DNA of 64,000 nucleotides from an uncultured Gemmatimonadales bacterium (GTDB lineage: Bacteria > Gemmatimonadota > Gemmatimonadetes > Gemmatimonadales > Gemmatimonadaceae), in assembly GCA_963851265.1 (NCBI GenBank), contig CAWKNZ010000002.1, positions 800,001 through 864,000 of the forward strand, written 5' to 3'. The stretch's first letter is position 1. Every line of letters starts with the position of its first letter. This document shows, piece by piece, positions 30,199-40,754 of this stretch. A model generated the notes under the pieces. The model made no database searches and had not been told where the DNA came from. It was given only the letters and a program-made list of their open reading frames with translations. The position numbers and the translations under genes are program-made.

Positions 30199-31041
30199 GT
30201 GCCGACCGAATCGCCCCCCGCGCCCGTCACGGCGTCCGCGTTCGCCGGCGGCGGGCCGGCCGTACGCGAGACGCACATCCCGGTCTTGCCCAAGCGACTG
30301 GCCCGCGCGCAGTTCGCGTCGCAACTGTATCAGCACCTGCCGGCGGTGCTGACGGTGCTGGCAGCGGGCGTGAGCGCGATCCAGTCCGAGCGGGAGGGGG
30401 GCGCGGTCGCGCTCGCCGTGGTGGAGCTCGTGGTCGGCGGGTGGGTGCTGTTCACCATCGCGCAGGAAGCGCGGCACCTGTTCCGGCGTCGGACGCCGAG
30501 TCGTGCCGGGGACGCGTCGCACGCGACACACGACGCGCACGACGCGCACGCCTCGGCGTGGATCGACACGCCCGGGCTGGCGGCCGCGGCGCTCGGCTAC
30601 GTGGAGGTGTGGCACCACGCGCACGAGGTCGGGCATTTCAAGTTGGTGAGCCCCTACATGCTCGGCGCGACGGCAACGCTGTTTCTCGCGTTAGGCGGTC
30701 GACGCCTGATCGCCAACCGGATGCGGCACCGTCGCCCGCACCTGCGCGTCACGACGACGACCGTGACGTATCGCGGCGGCCGGCGCAGGCGGTGGACCGC
30801 CGACTGGGCGGACGTCGCGTCGGTCGAGGACGGCCCGGGCACCGTGACGTTCCGCATGCGGGACGGGCGTGCGCACGCGCTCCGCGAGGACGAGCACCTG
30901 AACGGCGGGGCGTTGCTCGCCGCGGCGAGGGCGGCGGTCGCGGAGCACGCACCGGCGCACGTCGCGGCCGACCGCGCGGCGCCTGGGGCGGGGCCGCACG
31001 CGCCCGGGTCGTCGCCCGAGCACGCGCTCAGCCGCCCTTGA
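30199..31041 (+). CDS. Hypothetical multi-pass membrane protein
   Basis: About four hydrophobic segments followed by a PH-like soluble region; fills the gap between neighbours. Confidence 0.6.
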   Translation: MPTESPPAPVTASAFAGGGPAVRETHIPVLPKRLARAQFASQLYQHLPAVLTVLAAGVSAIQSEREGGAVALAVVELVVGGWVLFTIAQEARHLFRRRTPSRAGDASHATHDAHDAHASAWIDTPGLAAAALGYVEVWHHAHEVGHFKLVSPYMLGATATLFLALGGRRLIANRMRHRRPHLRVTTTTVTYRGGRRRRWTADWADVASVEDGPGTVTFRMRDGRAHALREDEHLNGGALLAAARAAVAEHAPAHVAADRAAPGAGPHAPGSSPEHALSRP

Positions 31042-31843
31042 ACGCGGCGATCGCCTGGCGCGTGAACTCGGACAGGACCAGGCGGCCGCTGGTCGCTGCG
31101 CGGTCGGCGAGGAGAGCGTCCCACGACTCGGTGCCGCTCCACGCGACGCGCTTGATCTCGGCCATCGCCTCGGGGTTGTAGCCCGCGAGACGGCGCGCGA
31201 GCGTGTCGAGCTCGGCGTCGAGTTCGGCCGTGCCGGGCACCAATCGCGCGAACAGGCCGTGGCGGTGGGCCCACGCGGCGTCGCGCCAGTCCGCGTCGAC
31301 GGCCATGGCGCCGTACGCGGCAAGCCCGATCTTGCGCTCGATGACCGGACCAACGACGAACGGCCCGATGCCGACCGCGAGTTCGCTGAGGCGGCACGCG
31401 GCGGCCTGAGTGCCGATCGCGTAGTCCGACGCGGCGACGAGTCCGACGCCGCCGCCGGCCACGCGGCCGTGCACTCGCGCGACGACGAACTTGGGGCAGC
31501 GGAGCATCGCGAGGATCACGCGGGAAAACCCGCTGAAGAACTCGCGGCCGGCTTCGGCGTCGCCGCGCTCGCTGATGGCGACGAGTTCGTCGAACGAGGC
31601 GCCGGCGCAGAACGGGCCGCGGTCGCCGCTGCGGAGAACGACCACGCGCACGTCGTCGCGCGCGCCCGCGTCGCGGACGGCGTCGGCGAGCCCGCGGAGC
31701 AGGGCGGCCGGCATCGAGTTGCCCTTCGGGTGCTCGAAGCGAACGGTCGCGACGGCGTGGGCGACCTCGGTCGAGACGCGGCCGTCGGCAGGGACGGCGC
31801 CGTCGGCGGCGTTGCGGGATGGCGGAGGGCTTGTGATCGACAC
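31028..31843 (-). CDS. Enoyl-CoA hydratase/isomerase family protein
   Basis: [38 protein letters not shown] 31843 taken as start; divergent from paaA. Confidence 0.88.
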   Translation of the reverse strand: MSITSPPPSRNAADGAVPADGRVSTEVAHAVATVRFEHPKGNSMPAALLRGLADAVRDAGARDDVRVVVLRSGDRGPFCAGASFDELVAISERGDAEAGREFFSGFSRVILAMLRCPKFVVARVHGRVAGGGVGLVAASDYAIGTQAAACRLSELAVGIGPFVVGPVIERKIGLAAYGAMAVDADWRDAAWAHRHGLFARLVPGTAELDAELDTLARRLAGYNPEAMAEIKRVAWSGTESWDALLADRAATSGRLVLSEFTRQAIAAFKGG

Positions 31844-32077
31844 GGGTGTCCGAGGGGAGTGGTCACGGCTGGGACGGCGCGAACCGGGGCCGCACGGCCG
31901 GGCGGACGATCGCGGCCCGCCGCGTGCTATGGATCGGCCCCGCGGGTATATTACAGGGCGCACGGATCGTCATGTGCCATCAGCAGTTACCTGATTCTCT
32001 CCGTGTGGTTTGAGGTCCGGCCATCGATGTCGGCCCCGGCGGAGATTCGAGCTTCGTTCTTCCCGGAGTTGCCGCCC

Positions 32078-33088
32078 ATGACCGCTTCCGAACCGCAGTC
32101 GATGTCTGCCACGCCGGGCCCAGCCGTCCACGACGCGGCGCGCCTGGCCGAGTTCGAGGCGCGCATCGCGCGCGGCGAGAGCATCGAGCCGAAAGACTGG
32201 ATGCCGGAGCGCTACCGGCGCCAGCTCGTGCGGATGATGGGGCAGCACGCGCATTCCGAGATCGTGGGAATGCTTCCCGAGGGCGCGTGGGTGACGCGCG
32301 CGCCGTCGCTCCGCCGCAAGCTGTCGCTGCTCGCCAAGGTGCAGGACGAGGCCGGTCATGGCCTGTACATCTACTGCGGCGCGGAGACGTTAGGCGTCGA
32401 CCGGCACGACCTCGTGCGCGAGCTGCTCGCGGGCACGGCCAAGTACTCGAGCATCTTCAACTACCCGACGCTCACGTGGGCGGACGTCGGGGTGATCGGG
32501 TGGTTCGTCGACGGCGCGGCGATCGTGAACCAGACGGCGCTCGCGAAGCACTGCTCGTACGGACCGTACGCGCGCGCGATGATCCGCGTCTGCAAGGAAG
32601 AGAACTTCCACAAGAAGCAGGGCTTCGAGAGCATCGCGACGCTCGCCGCGGGCACGCCGGAGCAGCACGCGATGGCGCAGGACGCGGTGAACCGGTGGTG
32701 GTGGCCGTCGTTGATGATGTTCGGGCCGCCGGACGGCGATTCGCCGAATTCCGCGGAGCTCATGCGTTGGGGTGTGAAGAAGTACACGAATGACGAGCTG
32801 CGGCAGCGCTTCGTGAACCTCACCGTTCCGCAGGCGCAGGCGGTTGGCCTCACGCTGCCGGACCCCGAGCTGCGCTACGACGACGCCTCGGGAGACTGGC
32901 GCTTCGGCGCGATCGACTGGGACGAGTTCTGGGCGGTCGTGAAGGGGAACGGGCCGCTCAATCGCGAGCGCCTCGCGGTGCGAAACGCGGCACACGCCGA
33001 GGGCGAGTGGGTGCGCGAGGCCGCGACCGTGCACGCCGAGAAACGCGCGCGCCGGGCGCGCACTGGCGCGGCGGCGCGCGCGGCCTGA
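32078..33088 (+). CDS. paaA: Phenylacetyl-CoA epoxidase subunit A
   Basis: [65 protein letters not shown]. Confidence 0.96.
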   Translation: MTASEPQSMSATPGPAVHDAARLAEFEARIARGESIEPKDWMPERYRRQLVRMMGQHAHSEIVGMLPEGAWVTRAPSLRRKLSLLAKVQDEAGHGLYIYCGAETLGVDRHDLVRELLAGTAKYSSIFNYPTLTWADVGVIGWFVDGAAIVNQTALAKHCSYGPYARAMIRVCKEENFHKKQGFESIATLAAGTPEQHAMAQDAVNRWWWPSLMMFGPPDGDSPNSAELMRWGVKKYTNDELRQRFVNLTVPQAQAVGLTLPDPELRYDDASGDWRFGAIDWDEFWAVVKGNGPLNRERLAVRNAAHAEGEWVREAATVHAEKRARRARTGAAARAA

Positions 33089-33099
33089 CGGCGCGGACG

Positions 33100-33486
33100 G
33101 TGGAGGAGCGCACCGGCGCACCCGCGCCGTCGCCCGGCGACGCGCCCGCCGATTCGATGTCGGCCGGGGCGGCGGACGCGCCGGCCGACGCGCTGTTCGC
33201 CCCCGACTCGCAGTGGGAGTTGTGGGAGGTGTTCACGCAGGAGTCGCAGGGCGCCCCCCACGAACACGCGGGGAGTGTGCGCGCGACCGACGCCGCGCAC
33301 GCGATCCAGAATGCGCGCGACGTCTACGGGCGTCGCGGACGCGTGCTGTCCATGTGGGTGGTACCGACGGCCGCGATCGCAGCCACCACGCCGGACGACG
33401 CCGAACCGTTCTTCGACCCTGCGGCCGACAAGCCGTACCGGCATCCCCATTTCTACAAGGTGCCGCGCGGGGTGCGGGGCCTGTGA
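33100..33486 (+). CDS. paaB: Phenylacetyl-CoA epoxidase subunit B
   Basis: [39 protein letters not shown]. Start uncertain (GTG 33100 or ATG 33157). Confidence 0.92.
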   Translation: MEERTGAPAPSPGDAPADSMSAGAADAPADALFAPDSQWELWEVFTQESQGAPHEHAGSVRATDAAHAIQNARDVYGRRGRVLSMWVVPTAAIAATTPDDAEPFFDPAADKPYRHPHFYKVPRGVRGL

Positions 33487-34295
33487 CGGCGCCCGCCGCA
33501 GCGATTGGGGCCGCCGTCGAGACGCGGCCGCGGGTCGTCGAGTCGCTGCTCCGGCTCGGGGACGACCGCCTGGTCCTCGGCCACCGCCTGTCGGAGTGGT
33601 GCGGGCACGCTCCGATCCTCGAAGAGGACATCGCACTCGGCAACATCGCGCTCGACCTGCTCGGGCAGGCGCAGGGCGTCCTCAAGCTCGCCGGCGCGCT
33701 CGAAGGCCGTGGACGCGACGAGGATGCGCTGGCGTACTGGCGCAACGCGGACGAGTTCCGCAACGCGCAACTCGTCGAGCTGCCGCGCGGCGATTTCGCG
33801 CACACGATGGTGCGGCAGTTCCTCTTCGACGCCTTCGACGTGCTCGTGACCGAGCGCCTCACGGCGTCACCGAACGCCGACCTCGCGGGGATCATGGCCA
33901 AGGCGCACAAGGAAGCGCGCTACCACGTGCGTCACAGCGGCGACTGGGTCGTGCGGCTCGGCGACGGCACGGACGAGAGCCACCGTCGCGCGCAGCGGGC
34001 GCTCGACGCGCTCTGGCCGTACACGGCCGAGCTGTTCGCGAGCGATGCGGCCGACGCAGCGGCCGTGCACGCGGGCGTAGGCGTGGACGCGGGGGAGCTG
34101 CGCGGCGCGTGGTACGCGGCGGTCGCGGACGTTCTCGACGACGCGACGCTTGCCGCGCCGCCGGCGTTGACCCTGGCCGGGGGAGGTCCGCCTGCGCCGG
34201 GCCTCGGGCGCGTCGGGGAGCACACGGCGCATCTCGCCGACATGCTCGCCGAGATGCAGTCCGTCGCGCGCGCCCACCCCGGCGCGGGCTGGTAG
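33483..34295 (+). CDS. paaC: Phenylacetyl-CoA epoxidase subunit C
   Basis: LGDDRLVLGHRLSEWCGHAPILEEDIALGNIALDLLGQA, KEARYH, RLGDGTDESH. Confidence 0.96.
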   Translation: MTAPAAAIGAAVETRPRVVESLLRLGDDRLVLGHRLSEWCGHAPILEEDIALGNIALDLLGQAQGVLKLAGALEGRGRDEDALAYWRNADEFRNAQLVELPRGDFAHTMVRQFLFDAFDVLVTERLTASPNADLAGIMAKAHKEARYHVRHSGDWVVRLGDGTDESHRRAQRALDALWPYTAELFASDAADAAAVHAGVGVDAGELRGAWYAAVADVLDDATLAAPPALTLAGGGPPAPGLGRVGEHTAHLADMLAEMQSVARAHPGAGW

Positions 34296-34312
34296 GCGCG
34301 GGCGCGTCGAGC

Positions 34313-34951
34313 GTGTCGCGACCCTCGCCCGCGGAGCTCGCCCGTCTGTTAGGCGACGGCTGGGACGTCCCGTCCCCGTCGCCTGACGCGGTTGCCGGCG
34401 TGCCGCCCGGCGTGGGCGGCCACGATCCCGTGGCGCGGCCGACCGAAGACGCGGTCTGGGCGGCGCTCGGCGGGGTGCCGGACCCGGAGGTGCCGGTCAT
34501 CTCGGTCGTCGAATTGGGGATCGTCCGCGGGGTGGCCGTCGCGGCGGACGATGCCGTCACGGTCACGATCACGCCGACGTACTCGGGGTGTCCGGCGATG
34601 CGCGAGATCGAGCGCGACGTGCGCGCGGCGCTCGTTCAACGCGGGTGGCGCGACGTGCGGATCGAGACGGTGTACGCGCCGGCGTGGACGACGGAGTGGA
34701 TGAGCGACGCGGCGCGCGAGAAGCTGCGCGCCTATGGGATCGCGCCGCCGCGTGCGGGCGGCGCGAGTCTCGTCACCTTGCGCCGCGCAACACGCGGGGC
34801 GCACCCGGCCGCGGAACTCTCGGCCGTCCCGTGTCCGCGGTGTGGTTCCGCCGACACGCGGCTCCAGAGCGCGTTCGGCTCGACCGCGTGCAAGGCGATG
34901 CACACGTGTGTCGCCTGCGGCGAGCCCTTCGAAGAGTTCAAACCGATCTGA
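34313..34951 (+). CDS. paaD: Phenylacetyl-CoA epoxidase maturation subunit PaaD (E. coli naming)
   Basis: VPDPEVPVISVVELG, TPTYSGCPA, PAWTTEW, CPRCGS, FGSTACKA, CGEPFEEFKPI. Confidence 0.93.
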   Translation: MSRPSPAELARLLGDGWDVPSPSPDAVAGVPPGVGGHDPVARPTEDAVWAALGGVPDPEVPVISVVELGIVRGVAVAADDAVTVTITPTYSGCPAMREIERDVRAALVQRGWRDVRIETVYAPAWTTEWMSDAAREKLRAYGIAPPRAGGASLVTLRRATRGAHPAAELSAVPCPRCGSADTRLQSAFGSTACKAMHTCVACGEPFEEFKPI

Positions 34952-34952
34952 C

Positions 34953-34984
34953 CGCGGCCCCGGTCAGGTACGACCGGGGCCGCG
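34953..34984. terminator. 13-bp hairpin between convergent genes
   Basis: CGCGGCCCCGGTC-AGGTAC-GACCGGGGCCGCG. Confidence 0.55.
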
Positions 34985-34993
34985 CACGGGACG

Positions 34994-35398
34994 TCACCGG
35001 ACGAAGGTGGTGCTCTGCCGAAGCTGCTGCTCGATGTTGAACTGAACGACGCTTCCACGGCGAACGTTCAGCATCCCCGTCGAGGCCCGGCCGAAACCGC
35101 CGACGGGGACCGCGACGACGCGCAGGTCGTGGATGTCGAACTGCTGCGGGTCGATGACGAACGTCTGCAGGTCCGGCCCGCTCACGTCGCCGAGCCGGGT
35201 CGCTACGCCCTCGCTCACGAGGTACAGGTCGAGCGGTCCGACGTAGTTGCTCCGCACCTGCACCTGCACGACGTTGGAATCGACGTAGACGCGTGGCCCA
35301 CCGCCGGAGCCCCGTCTGCCGCCGGCACCGCCCGAGGCGCACGCGGCCAACACGGCGAAGGCAAACAGGGCGACACAACGGAAGACGGCGGCACGCAT
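34994..35398 (-). CDS. Small hypothetical lipoprotein
   Basis: MRAAVFRCVALFAFAVLAAC lipobox; AGGAG SD upstream of ATG 35398. Confidence 0.72.
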   Translation of the reverse strand: MRAAVFRCVALFAFAVLAACASGGAGGRRGSGGGPRVYVDSNVVQVQVRSNYVGPLDLYLVSEGVATRLGDVSGPDLQTFVIDPQQFDIHDLRVVAVPVGGFGRASTGMLNVRRGSVVQFNIEQQLRQSTTFVR

Positions 35399-35581
35399 GG
35401 CTGATCTCCTGGGGGAATGGGAGCGTCCGCGTTTTGCAGGACGAAGGCCAGTGTCGCGCCACTCTTCGATCATTGGGCACCAAGTTTCGACGATGTGCCG
35501 CGTCCGCTGCCGGCCACGACGTCGCGGTCGGGACGCTGCGCCCTCAGTGCCTCGCGCGTCCTGTCACACCGTCAGGGCGCG

Positions 35582-37780
35582 TCACGTCGCGAGCAACGCC
35601 TCCGCCCGCGCGACGATGCCGCCTACCGATGGGAGCACCGCGTCGAGCAGGGTCGGGTGGTACGGCATCGGCACGTCCTCTACGCAGTAGCGCTCGACGG
35701 GCGCGTCGAGCCACCAGAACGCGTCGCGCGCGAGAACGGCGGCGATCTCGGCCCCGAAGCCCGCCGTGCGCGTGTCCTCGTGCACGACGAGGCAGCGGCC
35801 GGTGCGCTGAACCGACGCGAGTACCGCCTCGCGGTCCCACGGCGCCACGGTGCGCAAGTCGAGCAGGTCAACGGCGTCGTCGCCGTGGCGTGTGGCGAGT
35901 TCCTCGGCTGCTTCGACGCACCGGTGCGTCAGCGCGCCCCAGGTGACGACGGTGAGGCGCGAGCCTTCGCGCAGACGCGCCGCACGGCCGAACGGCAGGA
36001 CGTAGTCATCGCCCGGGTAGGGCGCGCTGCCGTCGCTCGTCATGAGCAATGCGCGGTGCTCGAAGAAGACGGTCGGGTTGGGCGAGCGCATCGCGGCCCG
36101 CAGGAGGCCGACGGCGTCGGCCGCGTTGGACGGGATCGCGACCTGCCAGCCGAGTGCGTGGGCGAACCGGACTTCGTCCGAGAGCGAGTGCCACGGGTCG
36201 CCGACGTCCTTCCCGAAGCCGCCGGGCATCCGGACGACGATGGGGGCGCAGAACTGGTTGGCCGTCCGCCAGCGTACGGTGCCGCAGTTGTTGAGCTGCT
36301 CGGTCGCCGGGTCGGCGTACTTGCGGAACTGGATTTCGGCGACGGGCACGAGGCCGCTGTACGCCATTCCGACGGCGCGCCCGATGATCCCCTCTTCCGA
36401 GAGCGAGGTGTCGAACACGCGTTCCGCGCCAAACCGCTTCTGCAGCCCCTCGGTCACGAGGTGGACGCCGCCCTTCACGCCGACGTCCTCACCGAACACG
36501 AGCAGCTTGGGATTCACCTCGAGTTCGTGCGCGAGCGTCCGGCGGACAGCCTCCGCAAAGCGCAGCGCACCCCCGGTCGGCGCGGCGACGTCGGTGCCGA
36601 CGAGTGAGGCCCGCTCCACCTCGCTCATCCCGCCAACCGCGACGGGATCGCCGGGGCCGGGCGGTTCGGCGACGACGAACCGCGTAACGCGCGCCGGATC
36701 ACTCACCGGACGCGCTCGTGCCGCCGCGAGCGCGTCGACGACGTCGTTCGCGACGTCCTGCTCGAGTCGTTCCCACTCGGCCCCGGTCATCCCGTTGGCG
36801 AGCGCGTGCGCGCGGAGCCGCGGCAGCGGATCGCGCGCCTCGTCCGCCGCGATTGCCTCCGCCGTGCGGTACCCCTTCTGGTTATCCGGCCCGGAGTGGC
36901 TCGACAGGCGCGGCACGGTGAGCCGCACGAGCGCCGGTCCGGCGCCGCGGCGGACGTGGGCGACGGCGTCGGATAGCCGCGCGGCCGCGTCGGCCGGGTC
37001 GGTGCCGTCGCCGTCGATGACGTGGAGCCCTGCGAACGAGGCCAGATTCGCGGCGATGTTGCCGCCCGGAGTCTGGAAGCTCGACGGCACGGAGATGCCG
37101 AGTCCGTTGTCTTCGACGTAGAAGAGCATCGGGAGCTTGAGCGTGGTCGCCATCGTGAGGGCCGACCAGAACCCGCTCGTGGCGACGCTCGCTTCGCCGC
37201 CGAGCGCGACGCCCATCGCGCCTTCCCAGCGGGCGTCGCGGAGTACGTCGCGGTGGTAGAGGATGCTCTGCGCCCAGCCGGCAATCGGCGTGTACTGCCC
37301 GCCGACGTCTCCGGCCATGGGCAGCACCTGCGGGCCGTCTGCGCGCGGAAGGTTGCACACGACGCCGATGTCGCGCCCGTCGCTGAACCCGCCCGAGCGC
37401 CCGAGCGGGCTGGCGAGCGCGTCCTCGACGGACAGCCCGAGAGAGAGGAGGAGCGGGCGCGAGCGGTAGTATGCACCCGCCGCGTCCCGGGGGTGGTCGA
37501 GCAGGGCGCCGAGGATGCATTGCGCGACGTCGTGTCCGCGTGCCGAGAACTGGTAGAGGACGACGTGCTCGCGCGGAACCGTGGCGCGGTTGCGGTTCGT
37601 CGCTTCCTCCGCCTCGTCGAGGGCGCGCGAGACGAGCGCATGCCGCGCGACACGGGGCCAGTCGATGGACGGGCGGGTCTGGATCGCGTCGCCCGCAGGC
37701 GGGCCGGCGGGCGCGGCGGGGCGTCCGCGTGCCGGACGTTCGGTGCGGGGGACGGGGCGGACGGTGTCGCGAACGGTCAT
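35582..37780 (-). CDS. 2-oxoacid dehydrogenase E1, fused alpha+beta subunits (ThDP-dependent)
   Basis: Alpha: SARGHD, YYRSRP, GEAS...VEDNGLGIS, RLSSHS. Beta: FGEDVGVKGGV, VFDTSLSEEGIIG, EIQF, DLRTVAPWD, VVHED. Confidence 0.9.
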   Translation of the reverse strand: MTVRDTVRPVPRTERPARGRPAAPAGPPAGDAIQTRPSIDWPRVARHALVSRALDEAEEATNRNRATVPREHVVLYQFSARGHDVAQCILGALLDHPRDAAGAYYRSRPLLLSLGLSVEDALASPLGRSGGFSDGRDIGVVCNLPRADGPQVLPMAGDVGGQYTPIAGWAQSILYHRDVLRDARWEGAMGVALGGEASVATSGFWSALTMATTLKLPMLFYVEDNGLGISVPSSFQTPGGNIAANLASFAGLHVIDGDGTDPADAAARLSDAVAHVRRGAGPALVRLTVPRLSSHSGPDNQKGYRTAEAIAADEARDPLPRLRAHALANGMTGAEWERLEQDVANDVVDALAAARARPVSDPARVTRFVVAEPPGPGDPVAVGGMSEVERASLVGTDVAAPTGGALRFAEAVRRTLAHELEVNPKLLVFGEDVGVKGGVHLVTEGLQKRFGAERVFDTSLSEEGIIGRAVGMAYSGLVPVAEIQFRKYADPATEQLNNCGTVRWRTANQFCAPIVVRMPGGFGKDVGDPWHSLSDEVRFAHALGWQVAIPSNAADAVGLLRAAMRSPNPTVFFEHRALLMTSDGSAPYPGDDYVLPFGRAARLREGSRLTVVTWGALTHRCVEAAEELATRHGDDAVDLLDLRTVAPWDREAVLASVQRTGRCLVVHEDTRTAGFGAEIAAVLARDAFWWLDAPVERYCVEDVPMPYHPTLLDAVLPSVGGIVARAEALLAT

Positions 37781-37934
37781 GACTGGGTGCGTCTCGTGCT
37801 GGGCCGGTAACGTGCGGACGCCGTGGAGTGACGGGAAATTGCCTCCGCGCCGGGCGGCGTCGCGAGCGAAGGATAGCTTTGGGCCGCCGCGCCCGTCGGG
37901 CGCGCAGCCTGGGTTCCCTCGTACACCGCTCGCC

Positions 37935-38727
37935 ATGTCCGAACCGTCCATCGTGTCCGAAATCGCCGATGGCGTGCTGACGATCACGCTCAATCGGCCC
38001 GAGGTGCTCAACAGCTTCGATCGGGCGATGGCGCTGGGGCTGCAGGGAGCGCTCGGCCGGGCGGCGGCCGACGAGGCGGTGCGCGCGGTGCTGCTGACGG
38101 GTGCCGGCCGGGCCTTCTGCGCCGGGCAGGACCTCGCCGCCGTCTTGCCTGCGGACGGGGGCGAGCCGACCGACCTCGGTGCGATCGTGCGCGAGTGTTA
38201 CAACCCGATCGTACGGGCCATCGCGATGCTCGAGAAGCCAGTCGTCGCTGCGGTCAACGGCATCGCGGCGGGGGCGGGGGCGAATCTCGCGCTGGCGTGC
38301 GACTTCGTGGTCGCGTCGGAGGAGGCAAGCTTCGTTCAATCGTTCGTCCACGTCGGGTTGATCCCCGACTCGGGGGGGACGTGGATGCTGCCTCAACTGG
38401 TCGGGCGTGCGCGGGCCGCGCAGCTGGCGATGCTCGGTGAGAAGCTGCCGGCGCCGCGGGCGCTCGAATGGGGGATGATCTTCGCCGTGGCGCCCGCGGC
38501 CGAGGTGATCGGTGTCGGCGGGAGCGCTCGCGCGCCGACTGGCGGGGATGGCGACGCGCGGGATCGGGCTCACGAAGCGCGGGTTCCTGCGCGCCGCGTC
38601 GGGGACGCTGGACGAGCAGTTGGCCTACGAGGCGGGGTTGCAGGGCGAGGCCGGGCGCACGCGGGACTATGCGGAAGGGGTGCGGGCGTTTGTGGAGAAA
38701 CGGAAGGCGGGGTTCGTGGGCGCGTGA
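37935..38727 (+). pseudogene. paaG: PaaG ring-epoxide isomerase with a +1 frameshift near 38517 (true lesion or assembly error)
   Basis: N-part LNRPEVLNSF, FCAGQDL, AAGAGANLALACD, GLIPDSGGTW. The PaaG C-terminus (LDEQLAYEAGLQGEAGRTRDYAEGVRAFVEKRK) is in the +1 frame (ORF 38512..38727). Confidence 0.8.
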
Positions 38728-38886
38728 GCGGGCGCCGGGTTGGGGGCGTGCGTCGGCCGCGCCAGCGTTCCGATGTATGCGTGACCGCCCGCTCCGCTGC
38801 GCTGGGCGTCGCCGCCGTCGCCGTGACCGGTCCCGTGTGAGCGCGGTCGCTCGTAATGGTGCCTATCGATACTAACTCCTTCTATC

Positions 38887-40068
38887 GTGCATCCGCTTTC
38901 TCCTTCCACCCCCGTCGGCGTCCTCGGCGCCGGCGCGATGGGGACCGGCATCGCCCACGTCGCGCTCCGCGCGGGCCACCCGGTCGTCCTCGGAGACGCG
39001 CGGGCCGACGCCGCGGTCCGCGCGCGCGAGGTGCTCGCGTCCGCGCTGGCGCGCGACGTCGCGCGAGGACGTCTCACGGAGCCCGCGGTGGACGCCGCGC
39101 TCGCCGGCCTGACGACGGTGGACGGCGGGGCCGAGGCGTTCGCGCCGTGCGGGCTCGTCATCGAGGCCGTCGTGGAGGAGTTGGGCGTGAAGCGCGCGCT
39201 GTTCGCCGCGCTCGAGGCGCACGTCGCATCCGACGCGGTACTCGCGACCAACACGTCATCGCTCGCCATCGCCGCGATCGCCGGTGCGTGCCGCCGCCCC
39301 GAGCGCGTGCTCGGCGTGCACTTCTTCAATCCCGCGCCGGTGCTGCCGCTCGTCGAGATCGTGCCCGGGTTGGCCACGGACCCCGACGTCACGCGCCGGG
39401 TGCGTGCGCTCGTGGACGTGTGGGGAAAGACCACGGTGGTCGCGAGCGACACGCCGGGGTTCATCGTCAACCGCGTCGCGCGGCCGTTCTACGGTGAGTC
39501 GCTGCGCGTGCTCGACGAGCGGCTCGCGGACGCGGCGACGATCGATTGGGCGATGCGCGAGCGCGGCGAATTCCGGATGGGGCCGTTCGAACTCATGGAC
39601 TTCATCGGGCACGACGTGAACTTCGCCGTCACGCGCTCGGTGTACGAACAGACGTTCCACGACCCGCGGTACCGGCCGTCGCTCACGCAGCAGCGACTCG
39701 TCGAGGCGGGGCGCTTGGGGAAGAAGGCGGGGCGCGGGTTCTACGACCATGCGGACGGCGCGCCGCGGGCCGAGCCGGTGCGCGACGTCGCGTTAGGCGA
39801 CTCGGTGGTGCGGCGCGTGGTCGCGATGCTCGTGAACGAGGCGGCCGATGCGGTCCACTGGGGCGTGGCGTCAGCCGCTGACGTCGAACTCGCGATGACC
39901 GCCGGGGTGAACTATCCGCGCGGACTGCTGGCGTGGGGCGACGCGATCGGACCGGCGGCGGTCGCGGCGGAGATCGACGCGCTCCGCGAGCGTTACGGGG
40001 AGGACCGGTATCGCGTGTCGCCGCTCGTGCGCCGGGCCGCGCGCGAGGGCGGGCGGTTGGCGCCGTGA
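38887..40068 (+). CDS. paaH: 3-hydroxyacyl-CoA dehydrogenase
   Basis: GAGAMGTGIA, VIEAVVE, ATNTSSL, HFFNPAP, PGFIVNRVARPFYGE, MGPFELMD; paa context. Confidence 0.9.
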   Translation: MHPLSPSTPVGVLGAGAMGTGIAHVALRAGHPVVLGDARADAAVRAREVLASALARDVARGRLTEPAVDAALAGLTTVDGGAEAFAPCGLVIEAVVEELGVKRALFAALEAHVASDAVLATNTSSLAIAAIAGACRRPERVLGVHFFNPAPVLPLVEIVPGLATDPDVTRRVRALVDVWGKTTVVASDTPGFIVNRVARPFYGESLRVLDERLADAATIDWAMRERGEFRMGPFELMDFIGHDVNFAVTRSVYEQTFHDPRYRPSLTQQRLVEAGRLGKKAGRGFYDHADGAPRAEPVRDVALGDSVVRRVVAMLVNEAADAVHWGVASAADVELAMTAGVNYPRGLLAWGDAIGPAAVAAEIDALRERYGEDRYRVSPLVRRAAREGGRLAP

Positions 40069-40550
40069 GTGCGGCCGATTCGGCGCCCGACGCGATAGCG
40101 GACGCGCCCGAGGGCTCGTCAGAGGGCCCGATCGCGGTCGCGCGGCGGGTGCTGGCGGAAATGCTCGCCGCCGACGCGTTTACGCGCTGGCTCGGAGCGG
40201 AGGTCGTCGACGCGGGTCCGCGGCGGTGCGTGCTGCGCATGACCGTGCGCGCCGAGATGCTGAACGGGTTCGGCACGTGCCACGGCGGGGTCACGTTCGG
40301 GCTCGCCGACAGTGCGTTCGCGTTCGCGTGCAACTCGCACGGGACCGTCTGCGTCGCGCTCGACTGCACCGTGAGCTACCCGAACCCCGCGCGGGTGGGC
40401 GACGTGCTCAAGGCGACGGCCGAGGCTGAACTCGAACCGCGGCGGGTGGGGTTCTACCGCGTCACGGTAGCGAACGCGGCGGGCGACGTCGTCGCGCTGT
40501 TTCGCGGGACGGCGTTCGACACGCGGCGGGCGCGCCCGGGCACGTCGTGA
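40065..40550 (+). CDS. paaI: Hotdog-fold phenylacetyl-CoA thioesterase
   Basis: MLNGFGTCHGGVTFGLADSAFAFACNS, VALFRG; GTG 40065 overlaps the paaH stop. Confidence 0.9.
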   Translation: MSAADSAPDAIADAPEGSSEGPIAVARRVLAEMLAADAFTRWLGAEVVDAGPRRCVLRMTVRAEMLNGFGTCHGGVTFGLADSAFAFACNSHGTVCVALDCTVSYPNPARVGDVLKATAEAELEPRRVGFYRVTVANAAGDVVALFRGTAFDTRRARPGTS

Positions 40551-40754
40551 CAGGGGCCGGGGTACAGGTGCGGGCGATCGGCTGCCGCGCGGCGCCAGGA
40601 AAGCGGTTCCCGTCGCCCGCGCACGCTGTAGGTCCAGCGTCGTCTTGCCCGCTTCCACGGTCCGGTAGGCGGAGGAGCGGCGCGGCGTCTTCGCGGTCAA
40701 CGAAGTGATTTCTCACCGCGCGCCGGCTCGACCGGCGCGCACTTGCGTCGAATT

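Noticed and set aside
37581..38840. 419-aa ORF as an extended PaaG
   Set aside because: The N-extension overlaps the divergent E1 gene, and the tail after about 38517 is out-of-frame low-complexity sequence.
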